A DNA stretch of 63,171 bases from Bacteroides faecis (GTDB taxonomy: Bacteria > Bacillota > Clostridia > Oscillospirales > Acutalibacteraceae): positions 1 through 63,171 of the forward strand of contig CAVFTC010000001.1 in assembly GCA_963625295.1 (NCBI GenBank), given 5' to 3'. The stretch's first letter is position 1; every line of letters begins with the position of its first letter. The position numbers and the translations under genes were made by a program. Shown here piece after piece: positions 43,020 through 50,513 of the stretch. Under the pieces are notes generated by a model. It had not been told where the DNA came from, did no database searches, and was given only the letters and a program-made list of their open reading frames with translations.

Positions 43020-45518
43020 TTACGCAGTTACAACAGAATTTGCCTTTTGCAGTCCGTATTTCTTGATTGCGTCCTCACGCATCTTGTATTTAAGAATCTT
43101 ACCGGCAACATTCATCGGGAACTCGGACACAAAGTCAATGTACTTCGGCACTTTATGCTTCGCCATATGAGAAAGAACATAGTCCTTCATCTCCTGCTCG
43201 GTCATGGTTTCGCCCTCCTTGAGGATAATGCAAGCCATTATCTCCTCGCCGAGTCCCTCGTCGGGAACGCCGATTACCTGAACATCCTTGACCTTCGGGT
43301 GGGTGTAAATGAACTCCTCAATCTCCTTGGGATAGATATTCTCGCCGCCACGGATAATCATATCCTTAAGTCTGCCTGTGATTCTGTAGTTGCCCTCCGG
43401 AGTGCGGCACGCAAGGTCGCCGGTATGAAGCCAGCCGTCCTTGTCGATTGCGCTTGCCGTAGCCTTCGGCATTTTATAGTAACCCTTCATGATGTTGTAT
43501 CCACGGGCAACGAACTCACCGGTCACATTGTCCGGGCATTCAAGACCCGTATCGGGGTCAACGATTTTACATTCGATTTTCGGAAGCGGATGACCGACAG
43601 TAGCCACACGATCCTCCAGCGGGTCGTCAGTGCTGCTCATCGTACAGCCCGGAGATGATTCCGTCTGACCGTAAACGATTGTGATTTCGGTCATATGCAT
43701 TTTTTCGACAACCTCACGCATCTTTGAGATCGGACACGGCGAGCCTGCCATGATACCCGTTCTCATGTATGAAAAATCGGTCTTTTCAAAGTCGGGGTGC
43801 TGTAGCATTGCGATAAACATCGTCGGAACGCCGTGGAAAGCCGTTATACGCTCGGAATTTATACACGCAAGCGATGATTTCGGCGAGAAATACGGTAATG
43901 GGAGAGCCGTTCCGCCGTGGGTCATGATGGCAGTCATGGCAAGAACCATGCCGAAGCAATGGAACATCGGAACATGGATCATCATTCTGTCCGCCGTTGA
44001 AAGATCCATTCTGTCGCCGATACACTTACCGTTGTTTACGACATTGTAGTGGGTAAGCATAACGCCCTTCGGGAAGCCTGTTGTACCGGAGGTGTACTGC
44101 ATATTGCATACATCGTCCCTCCTGACAAGAGAAGCCATTCTGTAGACCTCCTCGACAGGAACCTCGCTCGACTTGTCAACCGCCTGCTCCCATGTCATAC
44201 AGCCCTGCTGCTCATAGCCGACCGTAATAATATTTCTCAAAAACGGCAATCTCTTTGCGTGGAGCTTTTCGCCGCTCTTGGTGCTTTCCAGCTCAGGGCA
44301 AAGCTCAGCCATGATCTCGTCATAGTGTGAGTCTCTGTAGCCCTTTATCATAATCAGCGTATGAGTATCCGACTGTCTGAGCAGATATTCCGCCTCGTGA
44401 ATTTTATATGCCGTGTTCATTGTAACAAGAACAGCGCCGATTTTGGTGGTCGCCCAAAACGAAATATACCACTGCGGAACATTGGTTGCCCAAACGGCAA
44501 CATGAGAGCCGGCTTTTACGCCCATTGCAATAAGCGCTCTCGCAAAGGTATCAACATCGTCACGGAACTGCGCATATGTTCTCGTATAGTCAAGCGTTGT
44601 ATATTTGAATGCAAGCTGATCGGGAAACTCCTCAACCATTCTGTCAAGAACCTGCGGGAATGTCTCCTCGATAAGCTCCTCTTTTTTCCAGATGAATTTG
44701 CCTGTATGGGTCTTGTTGTAGTAGTATTTCTTCTTGCTTGTCTCGTCCGCAACAGTCTCCATAAAGCTCTCATAATGAGTCAAAATGATTTCAAGATCGT
44801 CTATCGACTCGAACCACTCGGGATTCCATTCAACGCAAACAAAGCCGTTGTAATTTATCGAGCCGAGAGCATTCATCATGTCCTTGATAGGCATTGCGCC
44901 CTCGCCGATGAGAGTGTGCTCGCCTGCCTTCACGGCGTCGGTCAGATGGACAAGCTTGACATATGCGCCAAGGTTGGTAATGGTCTTTTCCGAATCCTCG
45001 CCGCCGACGAAGTATGTTTCATACATATTCCAATCTGCGCCGATAAAGTCGCTTGCAAAATAGTTCATCAAATCGCAGAGCCTTGTCGTGTCGGCAAAAA
45101 TGCCCGTCGTTTCGACAAGGACGATAACATTGTGCTTTTCGCCCTCTGCGATAGCCTTGCCGATGAACTCAAGCGCCTTTTCGTAAGCGTCTTCGCCACC
45201 CTCAACATAGAGCTTGACATAGGGAATGTTTATGTTGCTTGCAACGGTGATAGCCGAGTTCATTTTTTCAATATTTTCGTCGGAATTATCTGCGGCGTTG
45301 CAGTTTGAATTTATGCAAACTATGCTCTTTTTCGAGTTGATGAGCTTTCTTTTGGTTGCCGAAGCCATGTCAGGATTAAACGGTGAGGTTCTGCCTGAAA
45401 ACATTGCGTCACGAAAATCGTGGATCTCAACTCCGCCGTATTTCAGCTCATCCGCCATATTGAGAAAGTCATCAAAGCTTTTATTCTTATGAAATCTTGT
45501 AGAAAAAGCTAATTTCAC
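43020..45518 (-). CDS. Xylose-isomerase-like TIM-barrel domain fused to an AMP-dependent acyl-CoA ligase
   Basis: N-terminal ~270 aa resemble AP-endonuclease-2 / sugar-phosphate-isomerase TIM barrels. The C-terminal ~560 aa are a FadD-type ligase (MQYTSGTTGFPKGVMLTH, YGQTE, LHTGD, AGKILK). GTG start with a GGAGGG RBS, 2 nt after the upstream stop. Confidence 0.8.
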   Translation of the reverse strand: MKLAFSTRFHKNKSFDDFLNMADELKYGGVEIHDFRDAMFSGRTSPFNPDMASATKRKLINSKKSIVCINSNCNAADNSDENIEKMNSAITVASNINIPYVKLYVEGGEDAYEKALEFIGKAIAEGEKHNVIVLVETTGIFADTTRLCDLMNYFASDFIGADWNMYETYFVGGEDSEKTITNLGAYVKLVHLTDAVKAGEHTLIGEGAMPIKDMMNALGSINYNGFVCVEWNPEWFESIDDLEIILTHYESFMETVADETSKKKYYYNKTHTGKFIWKKEELIEETFPQVLDRMVEEFPDQLAFKYTTLDYTRTYAQFRDDVDTFARALIAMGVKAGSHVAVWATNVPQWYISFWATTKIGAVLVTMNTAYKIHEAEYLLRQSDTHTLIMIKGYRDSHYDEIMAELCPELESTKSGEKLHAKRLPFLRNIITVGYEQQGCMTWEQAVDKSSEVPVEEVYRMASLVRRDDVCNMQYTSGTTGFPKGVMLTHYNVVNNGKCIGDRMDLSTADRMMIHVPMFHCFGMVLAMTAIMTHGGTALPLPYFSPKSSLACINSERITAFHGVPTMFIAMLQHPDFEKTDFSYMRTGIMAGSPCPISKMREVVEKMHMTEITIVYGQTESSPGCTMSSTDDPLEDRVATVGHPLPKIECKIVDPDTGLECPDNVTGEFVARGYNIMKGYYKMPKATASAIDKDGWLHTGDLACRTPEGNYRITGRLKDMIIRGGENIYPKEIEEFIYTHPKVKDVQVIGVPDEGLGEEIMACIILKEGETMTEQEMKDYVLSHMAKHKVPKYIDFVSEFPMNVAGKILKYKMREDAIKKYGLQKANSVVTA

Positions 45519-45520
45519 AA

Positions 45521-46936
45521 TTAACCCTCCTCGTATGCTATCTTGTTCAGTGCGCTGACATATGCACGGATGCTTGCGCCGATAATATCTGTCGAAATGC
45601 CTGTTCCGGAATAGAGCTTTCCGGTCGAGCTTCTGAGCTTAACGAGCGCATGACCCATGGCCTCACGACCCTCGGTAACGGCTTGAATCTGGAAATCGTC
45701 CAGCTCGTAGTGATGTCCGATAATCTGCTCGATTGCAAGAAACGCCGCATCAATCGGACCGTCTCCGACGCTCACACCGCTGACCACCGTGCCATCCTTG
45801 ACAAGCTTGATGTTAGCGGTTGCGGTAATAATGTTACCGCTGTTGATAACATAGCTTTCAATCGAATAGCTTGAGGGAACCTGCAATGCGGAGGAGGCTA
45901 TAATTACTTCAAGCTCCTTTGTGCCGACAAAGTCCTTCTTAACGGCAACACGCTTGAACGCCTCATAAACATTTGAATTATCCTCGGGAGAAAGGTCGTA
46001 GCCGATTTTTTTAACCGCCTTTATAACGGTTGCTATCGTGTCGTTTTTATCAAGAGTGAGGCTCTCGCCGTCCTCGTTTACACCTGTTTCAAACGGCGTA
46101 TTCTCACTCTTGGAGGTGTTGAGCATTCTTTTTATTTGACCCGTAACACGCTGAAGCTCTGTCGTCCTTATCTTGCTTGAGGCCTTTATAGAATCACCTC
46201 TGAGGGTGAATATCTTCATGATTTTTTCAACCGTCGGGAAGTTGAAATTGTCTGCCGTAACCTTGATCTGCGACGCTCCGGCTTCGATTGCGGCGAATGC
46301 GGAGGCGGAGGCCATGTTCATTGAGTCAACGACCTCAACGCCGACCGTAGCATTCTTGGCGGACGGAACATTCTCAAAAATATCCGAGATAAAGCCGCCG
46401 AATTCGGACGGGAACATCGTACCCTCGGAGTCGCAAACAGTGACCCTCGTTGCGCCTGCCTTTATCGCTTCTTCTATCGCCTGATACAGGAACGGTCTTT
46501 CGGCTCTCACTGCGTCCTCAGCCGAGAATTCAATGCTGTCGGTGTACTTTTTGCACTCGGTGATAAGCTCTGTTACCATGCTCATCACCACCGGCGGCTT
46601 TTTGCCGCACTTGAACTCCATCTGAACCGCAGACATCGGGAGAGAAACCTTAAGAGAAAACTTCTTTGCACCCTTTGCGCAGTTATAAGCCGTTTCAACG
46701 CCCGCCGCATCATAACCAACATCAACGGCGATTTCCGAATGCTTCATAAGCGAAGCGATCGTTTTTATAAGAAGAACATCGGTTGATGTGTTCTTTATTT
46801 TCGGCATCTCGATGATATCGCAGTGCAGCTTGTCCATCTGCTTTGCGATCTCGATCTTCTCCTTAAAGCTTAAGGAATGGCTGGCTGACGACTCGCTTTC
46901 TCTGAGCGTCACATCGGATAAAATTACTTTTCTCAT
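45521..46936 (-). CDS. 2-isopropylmalate-synthase homolog (HMGL-like TIM barrel + LeuA regulatory domain) with degenerate catalytic motifs
   Basis: 471 aa from the ATG at 46936 (AAAGGAG RBS). Colinear with LeuA, but DTTLRDGEQ is SDVTLRESES, HTHxD is VEVVD and GIGERAGN is ADNFNFPT. The C-terminal LeuA-dimer-like domain is intact. Confidence 0.8.
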   Translation of the reverse strand: MRKVILSDVTLRESESSASHSLSFKEKIEIAKQMDKLHCDIIEMPKIKNTSTDVLLIKTIASLMKHSEIAVDVGYDAAGVETAYNCAKGAKKFSLKVSLPMSAVQMEFKCGKKPPVVMSMVTELITECKKYTDSIEFSAEDAVRAERPFLYQAIEEAIKAGATRVTVCDSEGTMFPSEFGGFISDIFENVPSAKNATVGVEVVDSMNMASASAFAAIEAGASQIKVTADNFNFPTVEKIMKIFTLRGDSIKASSKIRTTELQRVTGQIKRMLNTSKSENTPFETGVNEDGESLTLDKNDTIATVIKAVKKIGYDLSPEDNSNVYEAFKRVAVKKDFVGTKELEVIIASSALQVPSSYSIESYVINSGNIITATANIKLVKDGTVVSGVSVGDGPIDAAFLAIEQIIGHHYELDDFQIQAVTEGREAMGHALVKLRSSTGKLYSGTGISTDIIGASIRAYVSALNKIAYEEG

Positions 46937-46959
46937 AACGATTCTCCTTTTGAAGTTAT

Positions 46960-47233
46960 AAAAAAACAAAGTCCCGGAAGTATTCAAACTTCCGGGACGA
47001 TAAAACATGTTTACCGCGGTACCACCCGCATTGCCTAAACGGCCTCTTCGGATTCTGACAAATCCTAAGCTGTGATAACGGTGCTTGCCGTAGCTCCTTA
47101 TACAGTAAAGACGGTTGGGGAGCTCTGCTCGGATACGAGACAGCAATTAAATTTCCATATCGGCTCACACCTACCGCCGACTCTCTGAAATCAGAAATAA
47201 AACGCTTAATATCTTCAACGCATTTCAAATATT
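46960..47233 (-). promoter_or_regulatory. T-box riboswitch leader, putative Leu (CUC) specifier
   Basis: Minus strand shows a K-turn (GCGTTGAAGATA / TATCCGAGCA), AGAGAG bulge, distal loop GGTGTGA, T-box GCGGGTGGTACCGCGG (47014-47029) and the terminator GTCCCGGAAG...CTTCCGGGAC + TTTGTTTTTTT. Confidence 0.85.
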
Positions 47234-47239
47234 GCAGTT

Positions 47240-47268
47240 ATTATAGTAAACTTTTTTTAATTTGTAAA
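47240..47268 (-). promoter_or_regulatory. Promoter of the T-box(Leu) leader
   Basis: On the minus strand: TTTACA, 17 nt, TATAAT. Confidence 0.7.
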
Positions 47269-47277
47269 CAGACAAAA

Positions 47278-47295
47278 TGTAATATTTGTATTACA
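47278..47295. promoter_or_regulatory. Palindromic operator candidate TGTAATA-N4-TATTACA (second copy)
   Basis: Perfect 7-bp inverted repeat 9 nt upstream of the -35, with the same geometry as 42992-43009. Confidence 0.6.
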
Positions 47296-47303
47296 AAATG
47301 TAA

Positions 47304-48125
47304 TTACTTCAAAAGCTCCGCATTGAGCGTTTTTCCGTAAGCTGTTGCGGCATTGACAAGACCCTCATCGGGAATCGTCTGCATAATGGGCTTGCCGGTG
47401 CTGAGAATTCTGCAATAGATCTCCGCTGATTTCTCGATTGTATGCATAAGACCGAAGGCTGCGTCAAATGTGTTGCCCGATACAAAAAGTCCGTGGTGCG
47501 CCCATACGATGGCGTCGTATTTCTTTTGAAGCTCGCAGGTCTTGTGAGCTATCTCCGCTCCGCCGGGAATCATCCATTCAACAACGCCGACGCCGTTCGG
47601 GAAAATGATCGGGCACTCCGTCATGCTCTCCCAGAGAACTCTTGAGAAAGCCTCGGAGGTAAGCGGAAGAACAAATGTGAGAGCGATAATGTTAACGGGA
47701 TGGGCATGGTAGATAACTCTGCAAGCGCCGTCCGTTGCCGCAACACGAACGCTGTGGTTCATGAAATGGGTCGGGAACTCGCTTGTCGGGCCGCCGCCGT
47801 TAACAAGACCCCATACGATTCTGTAGCCGTCGCCTGCGTCGTTGATTTCAAGAATGCACATATTTGCCGCCGGATCTCTGATAACATTCTGGAAGAACTT
47901 ACCCGTACCCGTTACCATGAAATACTCATTTTTAAGGTTGTCCGCCTGAACGCCGAGATCAACCCACGGCCTGTCATATGTAAAGTAAGGCTTGCAAGCC
48001 TCTACCTCTTCGGCTGTCATACGGTAGGAAAGGTTTCCGCCGTTGCCCTCATGCCAGCCCTGCTCATAGCCGTCGTTGCAGGTAAGAGCAAACTTTTTGA
48101 TTACATCAAGATCCAAAATACTCAT
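47304..48125 (-). CDS. rhaD: Rhamnulose-1-phosphate aldolase (class II aldolase)
   Basis: 273 aa, colinear with E. coli RhaD: GW.E.NGGNL, VTG.GKFF.NV..DPAAN, PTSE.P.HF, HAHP.N.IALT, HGLF..G. Confidence 0.85.
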   Translation of the reverse strand: MSILDLDVIKKFALTCNDGYEQGWHEGNGGNLSYRMTAEEVEACKPYFTYDRPWVDLGVQADNLKNEYFMVTGTGKFFQNVIRDPAANMCILEINDAGDGYRIVWGLVNGGGPTSEFPTHFMNHSVRVAATDGACRVIYHAHPVNIIALTFVLPLTSEAFSRVLWESMTECPIIFPNGVGVVEWMIPGGAEIAHKTCELQKKYDAIVWAHHGLFVSGNTFDAAFGLMHTIEKSAEIYCRILSTGKPIMQTIPDEGLVNAATAYGKTLNAELLK

Positions 48126-48195
48126 TTTAAAAACTCCTATATTTAAAATTCAAATTATGTTACCACTTTAAGCCGCTGTTGTCAATCATGAGTTC

Positions 48196-48296
48196 TTAAG
48201 GCAACACCGCACAAATCGAGGCGCACGCCTTGTTCGGTAACCGCTGATTAAACCATAGCACAATTCGCACACCTCAATTGTGCGGTATTGCCTTAA
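48196..48296. mobile_element. Internally deleted (~101-bp) MITE derivative retaining both termini
   Basis: TTAAGGCAACACCGCACAAATCGAGGCGCACGCCTTG...ATTCGCACACCTCAATTGTGCGGTATTGCCTTAA. It encodes the araB C-terminal KAIPHN*. Confidence 0.85.
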
Positions 48297-49941
48297 TCTC
48301 TTTAAGACGCTTCATGACATTGTTCTCTCCCCTTCCGAAATAATCGTGGAGGGTTTTATACTCGGCAAAAAGCTTATCGTAAAGCTCAACATTCTCGGGA
48401 ATCGGATAATAGACCTTATCCTTGACCTTGCCGAGAGCTGCCGCACCGTCATAAAGGCTGTCATAGCCGCCCTTCTCCGCTCCTGCGGCACATGCGCCGT
48501 AAATCGCACTGCCGAGCGCACCGCCCTGTTCGCAGTCGGCGATCTTGATAGGCATATTGATAACATCGGCATAGATCTGCATCGTCATCGGATCCTTCTG
48601 ACTGATACCGCCTGCGGCATAGAAGGAGTTGACATCGACGCCGTTCTCTTTGAACACATCAATAATCATTCTTGTTCCGTAGGCCGTTGCTTCAATCAAG
48701 GCTCTGTAAATATCCTCGGGCTTTGTTCTGAGCGTCATTCCGAGTATCATACCCGAAAGATCCGCATCGACAAGCACAGAACGAACACCGTTCCACCAAT
48801 CAAGCGCAACAAGTCCGCTCTCGCCGGGCTTTTTCTGTTCACACTTTTGACGGAGGAATTTATGTATATTTACTCCCTGCTTCTCCGCCTCGTCATAGTA
48901 GCTCTTCGGCAGACAGTTGTCTATGAACCAGCTGAAGTGGTCGCCGACGCAGCACTGACCGGCTTCGTAAGCATAAAGTCCGGGAAGAATACCGTCGGCT
49001 ACAACGCCGCTGATGCCCGGTACGGGAATTTCCTCCTCGCTCAGAAGCATATGACAGGTTGAAGTACCCATGATAGCCAGCATCTCGCCCGGCTTCGTGA
49101 TGCCTACGGCAGGAACGAAAACATGAGCGTCAATGATAGGAACGGCAACAGCCGTGCCCTCCTTGAGTCCTGTCAGCTCGGCAAACTCAGCCGTGACCTC
49201 GCCCGCCTTTGAGCCGAGAGGAAGAATATCTCTTGAGAATTTCTCGTCAATAACATGCTCCATTCTTGGGTCAAGAGCTTTGAAAAACTCGTCCGACGGG
49301 TATCCGTTTTTCTTGTTCCACATGCCCTTGTAGCCGGCGCAGCAGGAATTGCGGATCTCATGACCGCACATCTGCCAGACGACCCAGTCGGCTGCTTCAA
49401 TAAAACGGTCGGCCTCGTCATAAATCTCGGGGGCTTCGTCAAGAATCTGCCAAAGCTTAGGAATCGCCCACTCGGAGGAAATCTTTCCGCCGTAGAGCTT
49501 GAGCCAGTCCTGATTCATCTTTTCGGCAATCTCATTGAGCTTTGTTGCCTGAGCCTGCGCGGCATGGTGCTTCCAGAGCTTAACATAAGCGTGCGGCTCG
49601 TCTTTAAACTTATCAATAAAGCAAAGCGGCGTGCCGTCCTTCTTGACGGGCATAACCGTGCAGGCGGTGAAATCAAGTCCAAGACCGATGATATCCTCCG
49701 CATTTACTCCGCTCTTTTTTATAACATCGGGAATCGTTGTTTTGAGCACATCAAGATAATCCTGCGGATCTTGAAGCGCCCAGTCGGCTCCGAGCTTTTT
49801 GCCGCTCGGAAGCGTCTCGTCCATTACGGCATGAGGATAATCGAGAACCGAGGTTGCAAGCTCCTCGCCTGTTTTCACATCAACGAGCAGCGTTCTGCCC
49901 GAAAGAGTACCGAAATCCACGCCGATTGCGTATTTAGCCAT
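48274..49941 (-). CDS. araB: Ribulokinase (FGGY family)
   Basis: 555 aa, closely colinear with Bacillus AraB: [39 protein letters not shown]. Confidence 0.9.
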   Translation of the reverse strand: MAKYAIGVDFGTLSGRTLLVDVKTGEELATSVLDYPHAVMDETLPSGKKLGADWALQDPQDYLDVLKTTIPDVIKKSGVNAEDIIGLGLDFTACTVMPVKKDGTPLCFIDKFKDEPHAYVKLWKHHAAQAQATKLNEIAEKMNQDWLKLYGGKISSEWAIPKLWQILDEAPEIYDEADRFIEAADWVVWQMCGHEIRNSCCAGYKGMWNKKNGYPSDEFFKALDPRMEHVIDEKFSRDILPLGSKAGEVTAEFAELTGLKEGTAVAVPIIDAHVFVPAVGITKPGEMLAIMGTSTCHMLLSEEEIPVPGISGVVADGILPGLYAYEAGQCCVGDHFSWFIDNCLPKSYYDEAEKQGVNIHKFLRQKCEQKKPGESGLVALDWWNGVRSVLVDADLSGMILGMTLRTKPEDIYRALIEATAYGTRMIIDVFKENGVDVNSFYAAGGISQKDPMTMQIYADVINMPIKIADCEQGGALGSAIYGACAAGAEKGGYDSLYDGAAALGKVKDKVYYPIPENVELYDKLFAEYKTLHDYFGRGENNVMKRLKEIKAIPHN

Positions 49942-49962
49942 ATTAAACCTCCGTTTTTTTCG

Positions 49963-50502
49963 TCATGCCAAAAGTGCGGCAACGATATTTGAATAAACTC
50001 CGGCAGGGTCATCAAGAAATTTTTCCTTAACGGCAAGAGCCTGCTCATAGTCGGCAACAAAGAGCTTCACGCTCATTATTTCGTCCTCGGCATCAAGCAC
50101 GGAAATTGACACATTGCAGCCCTTTTCGACCCTGTCGATCTGAATTTTATTTTCACGCTCGCGTCTGAGCCTCGTTTGAAGTCGGACGGCAGCGTTAAAA
50201 GCCTTTTCCCTCACCGTATAGGGAATATCATGCTCCAGCGTTTCGGAGTTTTTTCTGCCCTTATCGGTGATAAATATATTGTTATCTCTGATGAAAACAT
50301 TGCCGTTATCGGCAAGCTCACCGAGCGCCTGACTCATCTCGAAATAATTTGCAAGCTCCTCGCCGCAAATCACCTCGTTAAGCTGCTCCTTCGTCAGCGG
50401 CGCATCAAGGCGGCAGAGAAGATAACCGATAAGAATTTTTATCTCGTTCTTCGTCCTCAGTCCACCAAGCTCAATGCCTTCGCTAAAGGAATCGTATTCC
50501 AT
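49963..50502 (-). CDS. DUF4364 family protein
   Basis: 179 aa; the N-terminal LRTKNEIKILIGYLL region is typical of clostridial DUF4364 proteins (assignment from memory). Confidence 0.6.
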   Translation of the reverse strand: MEYDSFSEGIELGGLRTKNEIKILIGYLLCRLDAPLTKEQLNEVICGEELANYFEMSQALGELADNGNVFIRDNNIFITDKGRKNSETLEHDIPYTVREKAFNAAVRLQTRLRRERENKIQIDRVEKGCNVSISVLDAEDEIMSVKLFVADYEQALAVKEKFLDDPAGVYSNIVAALLA

Positions 50503-50513
50503 GGGAGCACCTC

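Noticed and set aside
45521-47146. The 541-aa version of the LeuA-like ORF, and likewise the 413-aa version of the alpha subunit at 37999-39240
   Set aside because: The N-terminal extensions read through the T-box leader and terminator in one case and through the ferredoxin gene in the other. The internal ATGs at 46936 and 39057 have good Shine-Dalgarno sequences and match family N-termini.
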